DNA of 64,000 nt from an uncultured Bacilli bacterium. Its GTDB lineage: Bacteria; Bacillota_I; Bacilli_A; RF39; UBA660. This document shows positions 1-10,090 of the stretch, piece by piece. Location: assembly GCA_944364655.1 (NCBI GenBank), contig CALVWG010000080.1, positions 2,634 to 66,633 of the forward strand. The letters are read 5' to 3'. Within the stretch, counting starts at the first letter, position 1. Every line of letters starts with the position of its first letter. Under the pieces are notes generated by a model that saw only the letters and a list, made by a program, of their open reading frames with translations, did not search any database and was not told the origin of the DNA. The position numbers and the translations under genes are program-made.

Positions 1-550
1 CAATATCATCTTTAGCTTGAGCTCCTTGAACTAAAGACGGAAATAGGATTGTTTCACAGACTGGAAAACGTCTAGCAATGGTACTTAAAATGTCTTTTAT
101 TGCTGCTCCGGTTGGGGCCGTAACAATACCGATTTTTCTAGGAAATTTTGGCAAAGGCTTTTTATGAGCTGGATCAAATAAACCTTCTTGTTGTAATTTC
201 CTTTTTAATTTTTCATATTCAATATATAAATTGCCTAGACCATCTTGTTCCATTTTATCAATATAAATTTGATAATTACCGCCAGCTGGATAAACGCTAA
301 TTCTACCCTCTACTAAAACGTTCATACCATCTTCTGGATTAAAATTAAGCTTAGAAGCCATACTTTTAAACATAATAGCGCTAATTCTTGCTTCATCATC
401 TTTTAAAGTTAAGTATAAATGTCCTGAAGTATGTCTTTTAAAGTTGCTTATTTCCCCTTTTAAGTATACTTTTTGCAAATATGAATTACCATCAAAAAGC
501 ATTTTAATAAAATTATTTATTTGCGAAATTGTAATGTATTTTTGATTCAT
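1..550 (-). CDS. xseA: exodeoxyribonuclease VII large subunit, N-terminal ~183 codons (gene runs off window start)
   Basis: Reverse-strand translation from ATG at 548-550 gives MNQKYITISQ...GEISNFKRHTSGHLYLTLKDD...GNYQIYIDKMEQDGLGNLY...KKPLPKFPRKIGIVTAPTGAAIKDIL. This matches the OB-fold and catalytic N-terminus of XseA. Sits next to nusB as in Bacillus. Confidence 0.85.
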   Translation of the reverse strand, partial: MNQKYITISQINNFIKMLFDGNSYLQKVYLKGEISNFKRHTSGHLYLTLKDDEARISAIMFKSMASKLNFNPEDGMNVLVEGRISVYPAGGNYQIYIDKMEQDGLGNLYIEYEKLKRKLQQEGLFDPAHKKPLPKFPRKIGIVTAPTGAAIKDILSTIARRFPVCETILFPSLVQGAQAKDDI

Positions 551-1461
551 AAACTTCTACCCTCTTTATTTTTGCTTTTTTTAATAATTTCTAAAAGAAT
601 TTGATAATGCTCACTATAATCTCTAATAATATCCATAGCTAACTTTTTGTCGTCAATACCTAATCTATTTAATAGCTGGTAGCAATAATTTTCGATTATA
701 ATTTGAGAGTATTTTTTTACTAAGTCATCAAACGCTTCTTTTGTAGATATATCAACTTGTTCTAAAAAGTAAGAAATCTCTTCATATGAAGACATATGAA
801 CACATTCTTCATCATAGCTAAGCTTAATCAAAAAAGAATTTAAATTGGCATTAGGAAATTTCTGCATTTCAGCATATTGATAGTTTTTTAAAGACTTATT
901 AGAATCATATATCGGTGTTATACCAGCAAAATTATTATGTTCGTCAACAAATACTTCCCAATTATTAGTAGTTCGATCGTTTTGCATAGTTAATAAATCT
1001 ATCATGTATCTTTTTAAAAATTCTGACATTAAATTATCCAATTGTTCTTCTTTTAAGTCAAAATAATATTTTAAAGCTTTTCTTATTGTTTCAAGATTAT
1101 TCGGTTTACTAGGAATTGGAAAATTATTTTTGGCAAGAAAATTTTTATAAGCATTTATTATAGTTGTTCCATTTACTGCTTTTTTACCATCTTTTAAAAA
1201 ACTTGCGGCAAGTTCACCATAATATTTTCCAAATTGAACATACTTAGTATCAACAGTTTCAATTCCTTCATTTTGGGCAATCATTTCAACAATTTTTTCT
1301 TTAAGATAATAAGAAATATCAATGTCTTCTTTAAAATAATATTTTTTATTAATGATGTAAGCATGATCTGCACTGCTAAAATAATTCGGTTCTATAAAAC
1401 CTTTAGCTATTGCTTTATCAAAATTTTGAATATTTAGTTCATGCAAAATATTTTTAATCAT
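547..1461 (-). CDS. hypothetical protein (304 aa), no recognisable motif
   Basis: Long uninterrupted ORF with ATGA overlap to xseA start and 4-nt overlap with nusB. Codon usage like neighbours. Confidence 0.55.
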   Translation of the reverse strand: MIKNILHELNIQNFDKAIAKGFIEPNYFSSADHAYIINKKYYFKEDIDISYYLKEKIVEMIAQNEGIETVDTKYVQFGKYYGELAASFLKDGKKAVNGTTIINAYKNFLAKNNFPIPSKPNNLETIRKALKYYFDLKEEQLDNLMSEFLKRYMIDLLTMQNDRTTNNWEVFVDEHNNFAGITPIYDSNKSLKNYQYAEMQKFPNANLNSFLIKLSYDEECVHMSSYEEISYFLEQVDISTKEAFDDLVKKYSQIIIENYCYQLLNRLGIDDKKLAMDIIRDYSEHYQILLEIIKKSKNKEGRSL

Positions 1462-1856
1462 AATTCTTCCTTCATAAATTTATCTAAAACGGCGTTAATC
1501 ATTTTTACTAAATCTTCATCGGTGTATTTTTTAGCTAATTCAATGGCTTCGTTAATTACAACTATAGCTGGAGTATCCATATATTTTAATTCATATATAG
1601 CCATTCTTAAAATAGCGGCTCCAGGGCTATCTAAGCGATTAATATTCCAATCTTTAAGATATTTATTAGCAATTTTGTCAATTTCTTCTTCGCTTGTTAC
1701 AACACCATAAACTAAATCTTTGACAAATTCGTTATCTACCTCTAAATTTTCTTTTATAACTTCTTCTGGATTATATGTAATATTATTTTGTTTTGCGATA
1801 TCAATTTGATATAAACATGTCATTACTATTTTTCTTAATTCACTACGACTTTGCAT
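1458..1856 (-). CDS. nusB: transcription antitermination factor NusB
   Basis: 132 aa. Motifs LYQIDI, AILRMAIYEL and VVINEAIELAKKY match the NusB family. Confidence 0.85.
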   Translation of the reverse strand: MQSRSELRKIVMTCLYQIDIAKQNNITYNPEEVIKENLEVDNEFVKDLVYGVVTSEEEIDKIANKYLKDWNINRLDSPGAAILRMAIYELKYMDTPAIVVINEAIELAKKYTDEDLVKMINAVLDKFMKEEL

Positions 1857-1890
1857 TAATTCATCACCAAAAATATTGTATCAAAAAAAA

Positions 1891-2478
1891 CTAGGTTAGG
1901 CTAGTTTTTTGTTCAGGTTTTCTGGCTAGTTTAATAGGTTTTTTAATTTGATAATAATCGATAACCCATCTGTAGCAAAAATCATTTGCTAAAACATCAT
2001 AGAATTCTTCTAAAGTAGTTATATCTTCTTCTCTAATAGCTCTATTTATTTCTTCATAAATTTTTTTCTTTTGATGAAATAAATCATTTATAAGTATATC
2101 TCTTTTTATAGTAGATAAAGGTATTTCAGTTTCTACATCCAAAAGTTCTTTTTTATTATTAATTAAAAATACTTTTTCACCGGAAGAATTTTTCGAAATG
2201 CCCATGATCACTTCAAATTTAGCTATGACATATCTTTTCATTTCTTCTTTAACTCTTTTTAAAACTGGATGATCTTTTATTTTAATCAACTTGCCATTTT
2301 TAACAATTGGTTTTTCCATATATTCATTAATCCAAGATTTTGAAATGCAATTTTCCATATCTAAATATGCTTGAATTACCTCTTTGATATTGTTTGCAGT
2401 AAAAATTCTTTGAACATAATAATCAACTGTTTGACGTTTTTCTTTTGTAGTGTAATAAATTTTTGTATTGTCTTTCAT
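1891..2478 (-). CDS. hypothetical protein (195 aa)
   Basis: ORF only, lysine-rich. No motif recognised. Confidence 0.45.
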   Translation of the reverse strand: MKDNTKIYYTTKEKRQTVDYYVQRIFTANNIKEVIQAYLDMENCISKSWINEYMEKPIVKNGKLIKIKDHPVLKRVKEEMKRYVIAKFEVIMGISKNSSGEKVFLINNKKELLDVETEIPLSTIKRDILINDLFHQKKKIYEEINRAIREEDITTLEEFYDVLANDFCYRWVIDYYQIKKPIKLARKPEQKTSLT

Positions 2479-2730
2479 ATTAAATTTTTATAATCAACCT
2501 TATAGAGTACAAATTCTATAATTGATTAATTCCTTTCTATATTATTTTTTGATACAGCTAGTCATAATTATTTGATTTTGATAACACTTTTTAGTTACTA
2601 ATAATATTGCTTTTATAAAACAATTACTATTAAAATTTGTGGTTCTCAAAATTCAAACTTACTATATCATATTTATTCATTAAAATCATTATGTCTTTTT
2701 AAATGATGTTTTAAAAGTTTTAATATTTTT

Positions 2731-5274
2731 TTAATTTTTTTGATTAATATCCATTTTTAATTCATAAAGGGCATTTAAAGCTTCCATTGGTGTCATTCTT
2801 AATGGATCTAATTTTTCTAATTTTTCTTTCAATAAATCTTTTTTCTCGTCTGGAAATTCCATAACTAGTTGTAATTGTTCATCATGTTTTTGACATTTAG
2901 GCTTTTTTTCATAAATTGCTAATGTTTTTAAAGCATCATTAATAACTTCATCTGGAAGGCCAGCTAATTTAGCGACGTGAATTCCGTAGCTTTTATCAAC
3001 GGAGCCATTTTTTATTTTATGTAAAAAAGTAATCTTGCCATCTTCTTCGATCGCGCTAACATGAACATTTTTAATTGCAGGAATTGAATTTTCTAAAACA
3101 GTTAATTCATGATAGTGAGTTGAAAATAGTGTTTTACATTTAATATGGGTGCTAACATATTTTAAAATGGCTTCAGCTAAACTCATTCCGTCATAGGTCG
3201 CCGTTCCTCTTCCTAATTCATCAAATAAAATCAAACTATCTTCAGTAGCGTTACAAATTGCATTTTTGGCTTCTTTCATCTCAACCATAAAGGTTGATTC
3301 TCCACTTACTAAGTCATCGCTGGCACCAATTCTTGTAAATATCTTATCAATAATTGGTAAATTTGCTTTTGAGGCTGGAACATATGATCCCATTTGGGCC
3401 ATGATAATTATGATAGCAAGCTGACGCATATAAGTTGATTTACCACTCATATTAGGGCCTGTTATTAAAAGAGTATTAATGCTACCATCCATGACACAGT
3501 CGTTTGCAACGTAATCCATATTACTAACTCTTTCTATAACTGGATGACGGCCATTTTTAATATCAATAACGTGTTCATGATTAATAGTTGGTCTTACAAG
3601 TCTATATTCTTCAGCACAGACAGCCAAAGCTGTTATTGCATCAATTTTAGCTATACATGTTGCAGTATCTTTTAATTCCAATATTTGTTTTTTAATAATT
3701 TCTTTAATTTCAACAAATAAGTTATATTCTATATCAATAATTTTTTCTTCAGCATTTAATATTAAAGCTTCTTTTTCTTTTAATTCAGGACTAATATAAC
3801 GTTCTGCATTAGTTAAAGTTTGTCTTCTTTCCCAATGAAAGTCTTCAGAAACATTAGCTATTTGGCCTTTAGTAACTTCAATGTAATAACCAAATACCTT
3901 ATTGTAACCAACTTTTAAGTTTTTAATGCCTGTTTCTTCTTTTAATTTAGCTTCAAAATTAGCAATAAATTCTTTCCCACCACTTCTTATATCTTTTAAT
4001 TCATCAAGCTCGGCATTATAACCTTCCTTGATTAAAAAACCTTCTTTTATGGTAACTGGCGGATTTTCATAAATAGCTTTTTCTAATAATTCAAAAAGAT
4101 CTTGATGAGTATTAATTTTTAAATCAAAATGTAGTTCTTGAATAATTCTAGCAATATCTGGTAAAACCTTTAAGCTAGCTTTTAATTGTAATAAATCACG
4201 GGCATTTAAATTACCACAGGAAATTTTGCCACATAATCTTTCTAAATCATATATTTGATATAAATTATCTCTTAGTTGTTCTTTTAAAATAAATTCATTG
4301 TTTAATTTTTCAATTTTATTATAACGATCAATTATTAATTCTTCTTTTTTTAAAGGGTTCATTAACCAATTTTTAAGCATTCTTGAGCCCATACTTGTTT
4401 TTGTTTTGTCTAAAAGCCATAAAAGAGAAAAAGTTCTTTCTTTTAGTCTTAATGTTTCTATTAACTCTAGATTTCTAACTGTATGAACATCCATTTCTAA
4501 ATAATCGTCTGGATAAACTATAGTTGCTGGTTTAAAATGACTTAAATCTTTTAATTCTTTGACAACTAGATAATAAAGTAAATTTTTTATAGCAAGAATA
4601 TAATGCTCATCTTCTAAACTAGCATAGATTTCTTCATATTGTCCTTCTAAATAATTATTATTATAAGATACTTCTATACCATAAGTTCCTTTTAATAAAG
4701 AGACTAATTCTAAATTTTCATTATTTTCTAAAACAATTTCTAGAATACCTAAATTTAAAATAGTACTAATAAGTTTATCTATATGATGAGGAATTATTGA
4801 AACAAAAATAGAACCAGTTGAAATATCGGCATAACAAATTGTATAAATATAATTAAAATCTAATACGGAAGCAATATAATGATTATCATGTTCATTTAAT
4901 AATTCTAAATCGACAACTGTTCCTTTACTTACAACTTGGACAACGCCCCTTTTAACCATTCCTTTAGTGTTTTTAGGATCTTCTAACTGTTCACAGATGG
5001 CTACTTTATAACCTTTATTAACTAATTTTTCTAAATATGGTTTAACAGAATGAAAAGGAACTCCACACATAGGAATTCGTTCGTCTAAGCCGGCATTTTT
5101 ACCAGTCAATGTTAATTCAAGTTCTCTTGAAGCAGTTATTCCATCTTCAAAAAAAAGTTCGTAAAAATCTCCAATTCGATAAAACAATAATTCTTCTTCA
5201 TAATCTTTTTTAATATCTAAATATTGTTTCATCATTGGACTTAGATCATCATAATTTACTTCACTACGCTTCAT
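2731..5274 (-). CDS. mutS: DNA mismatch repair protein MutS
   Basis: 847 aa. Walker A GPNMSGKSTYMRQ, the conserved STFMVEM and DELGRGT motifs, and the N-terminal mismatch-binding region (MMKQYLDIK...GDFYELF). Confidence 0.95.
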   Translation of the reverse strand: MKRSEVNYDDLSPMMKQYLDIKKDYEEELLFYRIGDFYELFFEDGITASRELELTLTGKNAGLDERIPMCGVPFHSVKPYLEKLVNKGYKVAICEQLEDPKNTKGMVKRGVVQVVSKGTVVDLELLNEHDNHYIASVLDFNYIYTICYADISTGSIFVSIIPHHIDKLISTILNLGILEIVLENNENLELVSLLKGTYGIEVSYNNNYLEGQYEEIYASLEDEHYILAIKNLLYYLVVKELKDLSHFKPATIVYPDDYLEMDVHTVRNLELIETLRLKERTFSLLWLLDKTKTSMGSRMLKNWLMNPLKKEELIIDRYNKIEKLNNEFILKEQLRDNLYQIYDLERLCGKISCGNLNARDLLQLKASLKVLPDIARIIQELHFDLKINTHQDLFELLEKAIYENPPVTIKEGFLIKEGYNAELDELKDIRSGGKEFIANFEAKLKEETGIKNLKVGYNKVFGYYIEVTKGQIANVSEDFHWERRQTLTNAERYISPELKEKEALILNAEEKIIDIEYNLFVEIKEIIKKQILELKDTATCIAKIDAITALAVCAEEYRLVRPTINHEHVIDIKNGRHPVIERVSNMDYVANDCVMDGSINTLLITGPNMSGKSTYMRQLAIIIIMAQMGSYVPASKANLPIIDKIFTRIGASDDLVSGESTFMVEMKEAKNAICNATEDSLILFDELGRGTATYDGMSLAEAILKYVSTHIKCKTLFSTHYHELTVLENSIPAIKNVHVSAIEEDGKITFLHKIKNGSVDKSYGIHVAKLAGLPDEVINDALKTLAIYEKKPKCQKHDEQLQLVMEFPDEKKDLLKEKLEKLDPLRMTPMEALNALYELKMDINQKN

Positions 5275-5337
5275 ACTACACCTCTTGTTAATCGTAAATT
5301 TATTATATCACAAATTAGGAAAATAACTAAAAAAACA

Positions 5338-5952
5338 TTATTTTATTATGTCATCAGTAATAAAATAACTATTTTTATAAATATTCATATCTTTTTTTAA
5401 ATTATGAATACCATAAATCATAACTTCTTTTTGCTTTTTTATAAAAAAATCTTCTAATTTTTCACTCATAATATTTTCTAATAAACATATAAAATCATAA
5501 TTATCATAATTTTCTTCACTATTTAAAACATAATTTAAAACACCAAGTTTTTCATTTTTTTTATTTGAATACATTTTTTTAATAACAGAATTGAAAAAAC
5601 TCATTATATAAACGTTTTTATTATTATATTTTTGGATTAGATTTTGAAATTTTTTTATATCAATGTTATTTTCTTTAATTTCAAGTAAAATTATTTTAGA
5701 AGTATTTAGTTTTAAAACATCTTCTAATGTTATTGTATTGTATTTTTGCTTTAATGTTTTATAATCAGTTAGTGAAATTATATCTAAATCAATCATTGGA
5801 TTATGATTAACTATAAATATTTTATCTTTAGTTGTTCTAATATCACACTCAAAGCCAGCATAATTATCGTTTGCAATAGCTTCCTTAAAAGCTGAAATAG
5901 TATTTTCTTTCGAATCGTTTTTTAAACCTCTATGCGCTATTAATTTTTTCAT
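5338..5952 (-). CDS. glycerophosphodiester phosphodiesterase family protein
   Basis: N-terminal HRG...ENT...AF...A...G....ECDIR...D....V.HN signature of GDPD/UgpQ-type enzymes. Confidence 0.65.
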   Translation of the reverse strand: MKKLIAHRGLKNDSKENTISAFKEAIANDNYAGFECDIRTTKDKIFIVNHNPMIDLDIISLTDYKTLKQKYNTITLEDVLKLNTSKIILLEIKENNIDIKKFQNLIQKYNNKNVYIMSFFNSVIKKMYSNKKNEKLGVLNYVLNSEENYDNYDFICLLENIMSEKLEDFFIKKQKEVMIYGIHNLKKDMNIYKNSYFITDDIIK

Positions 5953-6002
5953 ACTAGATTATATGAAAAAAGATATTTATTTTAACATTTTTAAATATCT
6001 TT

Positions 6003-6617
6003 TTATAAATTTTTTCTGGTTCTTTTAAATTCTGAAGCAAAAGGCTCAGTCTTTTTTAATGTTTGTAAGCCATTATAAATTCTTAATTTAACGGCGTCAA
6101 ATGTTAAGCCTAAATCACTAGCAATTTTAGTAGTGTTTTCTTCATTTATGATAGAAGCTATTACTGCTTGCTTTTCTTTTTTCCCTAATTTAGCTTTTTT
6201 TAACCAATAAACTATATCTAAACATTCATTTATTTTTTCTAATTTGACACATTCTATTTCGTAAGAGTCTGATAAAGCCAAAAAATCGCTAGTTAATACT
6301 TGTTTTAATTTTCTTAAATATTGATAATCTTCAAAACTTAAGTCAAAATATTCTAAAATTTCAGAGGAATTTAATGAATAAATATCATTTAAAAGAAACT
6401 TATTAATTCTAATAAATTTTAAATCTTTTTTATTTAAACCTAAAAGAATACCTAATCTTTGAAAGAATTCTTGATAAAATGAATTGATGTTAGTTCTTTT
6501 TTTGGCTTTCATTTCTAAAATACAAAGTTCAACTTCTTGAAGTAAATCTTCTTCTTCCATTTTGATTTTATAATTATGCAAAATGCTTTTAGCTATTAAA
6601 ATATATTTTTCTTTCAT
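6003..6617 (-). CDS. putative sigma-70-family (ECF-like) RNA polymerase sigma factor
   Basis: 204 aa. The C-terminal helix-turn-helix (TKIASDLGLTFDAVKLRIYNGLQTLKK) resembles sigma region 4 and the N-terminal acidic/aromatic stretch resembles region 2. Weak. Confidence 0.4.
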   Translation of the reverse strand: MKEKYILIAKSILHNYKIKMEEEDLLQEVELCILEMKAKKRTNINSFYQEFFQRLGILLGLNKKDLKFIRINKFLLNDIYSLNSSEILEYFDLSFEDYQYLRKLKQVLTSDFLALSDSYEIECVKLEKINECLDIVYWLKKAKLGKKEKQAVIASIINEENTTKIASDLGLTFDAVKLRIYNGLQTLKKTEPFASEFKRTRKNL

Positions 6618-6670
6618 ACTTACACCTTTTAGTAAGATTTTAAAGAACTAAGATATAATTGTCAACTTTT

Positions 6671-7609
6671 TTAACGTTGATCACTAATAGTTGCATTGCT
6701 ATTACTTGCTGATAAAGCTGTTAATGGATCATATGGAGCACCAGAAGTTGTTCCAGAAAGTAAGGCAATATCTACGGCATTTTCAGGTATACCCCATGAA
6801 TTACCAGAAAAGACAAATATTGCTCCATCAACTACAAATCCTCTTGTATTATAGGTAACGTTATTCATAATTGTACCAGTTGAATTAGGATTTAAATATG
6901 CAGGTTGACGAAGAGAATAAAAAATATTTTCTTTTACCAATAAATTTGTGGCACTTCCTTGGGTTACAAATCCTCGGTTTACTACCCAATTTGATGAATC
7001 GCCTGCTTGAGGTGGTCCATAAATTTCACAATTAATTATTTGATCATTTGTCCCGGCAACTTGAATAAATTCGACTGGATAAGGGATATTACTAGTTATA
7101 TTTAAACCATCAATAGTAACGTCATTTCCTGTTATTAAAAAAGGAATAATTGAATTTTCTAAGACAATATTGGCACCTCTAGTTCCTTTTAAGGTTATTC
7201 CGGATGTATTCAAAACTAATTGATTATTTAAGGGATAAGTCCCTGGTAAAACATTAATTATTCCATTAGGTTCTACAACATTTAGAGCCTCTTCAATTGT
7301 TTGATATGGAGAAATTTGACTTCCATCTCCTCCTGGGGCGGCCGATGATTCTACATATAAATTATATGGATTTGGCTCGACACTGCCAGTAGCTCCTTGA
7401 GGTCCAGTAGGTCCCGTTGGACCCGTTGCTCCATCACTACCTCTTATACCTGTTGGTCCCGTTGGTCCAGTAGCACCTGGGATACCATCAGATCCTTTTG
7501 GGCCCGTAGGTCCAGTTGGTCCTGTTGCACCTTTAGTATTTGGAATCGGATAAACATAGACATAAGATGGACAGATATTTTTCTTATTATCATTTTTATT
7601 ACAATACAT
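6671..7609 (-). CDS. collagen-like (GPT/GXT triplet repeat) surface protein with C-terminal right-handed beta-helix (pectate-lyase-like) domain; BclA-like
   Basis: About 60 aa of uninterrupted Gly-X-Thr triplets ([28 protein letters not shown]...). C-terminal repeats of the type N..L.GT..L...GITL.G and TIDGLNIT are typical of parallel beta-helix proteins. Short N-terminal targeting-like segment. Confidence 0.8.
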   Translation of the reverse strand: MYCNKNDNKKNICPSYVYVYPIPNTKGATGPTGPTGPKGSDGIPGATGPTGPTGIRGSDGATGPTGPTGPQGATGSVEPNPYNLYVESSAAPGGDGSQISPYQTIEEALNVVEPNGIINVLPGTYPLNNQLVLNTSGITLKGTRGANIVLENSIIPFLITGNDVTIDGLNITSNIPYPVEFIQVAGTNDQIINCEIYGPPQAGDSSNWVVNRGFVTQGSATNLLVKENIFYSLRQPAYLNPNSTGTIMNNVTYNTRGFVVDGAIFVFSGNSWGIPENAVDIALLSGTTSGAPYDPLTALSASNSNATISDQR

Positions 7610-7664
7610 TACTATCCTCCATTTTTTCCATATATTATATGAAATTTAGAGGCCCTTAATTACT

Positions 7665-8147
7665 TTATGCTTTTTTTAACTTTTTTCTTTTTTTAAAACC
7701 AATAACTAAAATTTTAAACAAAATTAAAATTATTAATAGACACCCTAGAGCAACATAATATTTTAAATAAGGAATTTCTTTTACTTCACTAACATTATTT
7801 GTTAAAAGGCTTTCATTAAATACTGGTGTTGTTTCTTCTTTTTCTAAATAAAAAGTATAAGATTCTTCTAAACCATTGCTATTTGTAACTAAAAGAGTGG
7901 CAACATTTTCACCATTTTGAACATATTCATTATTTAAAAAACTAACTTTTGCATCTTTATCTTTTAATTCATAATTTAATTTTAAAGAAGTTTCATTTTC
8001 GTTTAAAACAACTGAGTAAACATTGTTTGCACTTTCAAATTTTCTGGATAAAGTTCCATTTAAAACTTCTAAATTTTGAATAGAATCCGCAGAAACATAC
8101 AAGACGCCAATAAAGAAAAAACAAAGAAAAAAGAATATTTTTTTCAT
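7665..8147 (-). CDS. secreted protein with cleavable signal peptide and C-terminal membrane anchor (160 aa)
   Basis: MKKIFFFLCFFFIGVLYVSA signal. C-terminal hydrophobic helix followed by KKRKKLKKA. Confidence 0.5.
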   Translation of the reverse strand: MKKIFFFLCFFFIGVLYVSADSIQNLEVLNGTLSRKFESANNVYSVVLNENETSLKLNYELKDKDAKVSFLNNEYVQNGENVATLLVTNSNGLEESYTFYLEKEETTPVFNESLLTNNVSEVKEIPYLKYYVALGCLLIILILFKILVIGFKKRKKLKKA

Positions 8148-8155
8148 ATCATCAC

Positions 8156-9238
8156 CTAGATCATTTTAAGTAATATTTCATTCATTACGTATAGTTTGTC
8201 CCGTGATATAAAAATATATTCTTTTTTTTCTTCTAAATCACCATTTTTTAAAAGCGGTTTAATTGGATAAGCATCTTCCATTTTTATATGATATTTTTTT
8301 TCAAATTCTACTCTATTAATTCCGGCAATTTTTCTAAAACCAAGCATTAGTTCATTATCCATTATATCTTTTTTAGTTAAAAGTTCTTCATTAGCCCGAT
8401 AATCACCTTTTAAATATTTATTTAAATTTTTTGTATTACTATATCTTATTTGATCTAAGTAACCTGAAGCTGACAATCCAAAGCCATAATATTCTTCATT
8501 ATTCCAGTATGTTAAATTATGAATCGATTCTTTATTATTTTTAGCAAAATTGCTAATTTCATAATGTTTAAAGCCTTTTTTTGATAATTCTTTACAAATA
8601 TAAAAATACATTTTCGCATCTAATTCTTCAGAAATAGATGAAGTCCCTTTTAACCATAATAATGTATTAGGCAAAATCATTAAACTATAGGTACTTATAT
8701 GATCAGGATTTAGTTTTAAAAAAAGTTTTAGGTCTTCTTTTAGCATTTTTAAAGTTTGTCCTTTGACAGCATATATTAAATCTAAATTAACATTTTTAAA
8801 GCCAAAACTTCTAATTAAGGCCATTTTTTCTTTAGCTTCTTGAAATGTATGATTTCTACCTAAAACATTTAATATTTCTTTTTGAAAGCTTTGAATGCCA
8901 ATACTTAATCTATTAACTTTATTTTGTTTTAAAACAGTTAGTAATTCCTCATTAATATCATTTAAATTGCATTCAAAAGTAAATTCGAAGTTTGAAGTTG
9001 TTTTGAATGTTTTAATAATATTCATTAAATATTTAATTTCATTTATATTTAAACTAGAAGGAGTTCCGCCACCAATATAGATACTTTTGATTTCATCACC
9101 ATCATACAAATCTTCTATTTCTTCTTTTAATTTTATTAAATACTTAGAGCTCCATCTTTCATAATAAAACATTTTGCAAAAATCACAGTATGAACAAATT
9201 GTTTTACAAAAAGGAATGTGAATATATACTGCTCTCAT
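8156..9238 (-). CDS. hemW: radical SAM heme chaperone HemW (HemN-like, oxygen-independent coproporphyrinogen III oxidase family)
   Basis: YIHIPFCKTICSYCDFCK CxxxCxxC motif and GGGTPS. Position downstream of lepA as in Bacillus. Confidence 0.85.
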   Translation of the reverse strand: MRAVYIHIPFCKTICSYCDFCKMFYYERWSSKYLIKLKEEIEDLYDGDEIKSIYIGGGTPSSLNINEIKYLMNIIKTFKTTSNFEFTFECNLNDINEELLTVLKQNKVNRLSIGIQSFQKEILNVLGRNHTFQEAKEKMALIRSFGFKNVNLDLIYAVKGQTLKMLKEDLKLFLKLNPDHISTYSLMILPNTLLWLKGTSSISEELDAKMYFYICKELSKKGFKHYEISNFAKNNKESIHNLTYWNNEEYYGFGLSASGYLDQIRYSNTKNLNKYLKGDYRANEELLTKKDIMDNELMLGFRKIAGINRVEFEKKYHIKMEDAYPIKPLLKNGDLEEKKEYIFISRDKLYVMNEILLKMI

Positions 9239-9241
9239 TTC

Positions 9242-10090
9242 TCACCTATTTTTCTTATTAGGTTCAGAATAAGACTTAGATTCTATAACATTAGCTTCAT
9301 CTAAATTATCATTTATTGAATCATCAATTGACTTTTCAAAATATATTGATCTATTTGATGAATAAGTAAGTTTATTTCGATCACGATTATTTTCTGTTCT
9401 TTCACATCGTTTTTCTATTATCATTTTCATGGTTGTTTTGCCAAAAAGTAAATATCCTAATTTTTCTTCATCTTTTCCTCTTAAAACTTCAGAAACAAAA
9501 GAAGGGCTAACACCACAAACTTTTGAAATATATTGATCAGTTGCTGTAAAGTTTGATTCTAATAAAATTTCTATTATTCTTCTAGCATTTTGTTTTCTAT
9601 AAAATTTCTTAACGATGGAAGCTTTAGAAATTTTGGTAATATTTACTCCAGAAGTAACTAAGCCATTAAATTTTTTAAATAATTCACTTTCGCTTTTTTT
9701 CATATTTTTGCTATTATTTAAAATTAACTGGCAATAGAAATCCGGATTATAAATTGAACTAGATTTCTTATTATATAAATCTAAAGCATTTAAAATAAAA
9801 CTTTCTGTAGTATTAAATAACGCGGCTATTTCAATAAAAGTCATTCCTTTTGAAGATAGATTTACAATATCTTCTAAAAAGTCTTTATCTATGAAATTTT
9901 TCATATAATTTCTTTCAAAGATAATTTTATTGTATAAAGCTAAATTATAAAATTCTGCTGAAGGCTTTTTTAATTCATTTATCCATTTATTTACTAAGCT
10001 TTTATCTAAAGACAGAATATCTGCTATTTCTTGATCTGTTTTATGCTCATTTGCCGCTAAATAATATACTTTTTCTTTTAAAGTCTCCAT
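9242..10090 (-). CDS. hypothetical protein with two helix-turn-helix-like segments (282 aa)
   Basis: ORF tightly packed between lepA and hemW. Segments DQEIADILSLDKSLVNKWI and ISKVCGVSPSFVSEVLRG look like DNA-binding HTH motifs. Confidence 0.5.
   Translation of the reverse strand: METLKEKVYYLAANEHKTDQEIADILSLDKSLVNKWINELKKPSAEFYNLALYNKIIFERNYMKNFIDKDFLEDIVNLSSKGMTFIEIAALFNTTESFILNALDLYNKKSSSIYNPDFYCQLILNNSKNMKKSESELFKKFNGLVTSGVNITKISKASIVKKFYRKQNARRIIEILLESNFTATDQYISKVCGVSPSFVSEVLRGKDEEKLGYLLFGKTTMKMIIEKRCERTENNRDRNKLTYSSNRSIYFEKSIDDSINDNLDEANVIESKSYSEPNKKNR

Noticed and set aside
7397-7642. + strand ORF (81 aa, Trp/Ser/Arg-rich) inside the collagen-like gene
   Set aside because: Antisense reading of the GGT-CCN triplet repeat. 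Composition-driven, with no start context.
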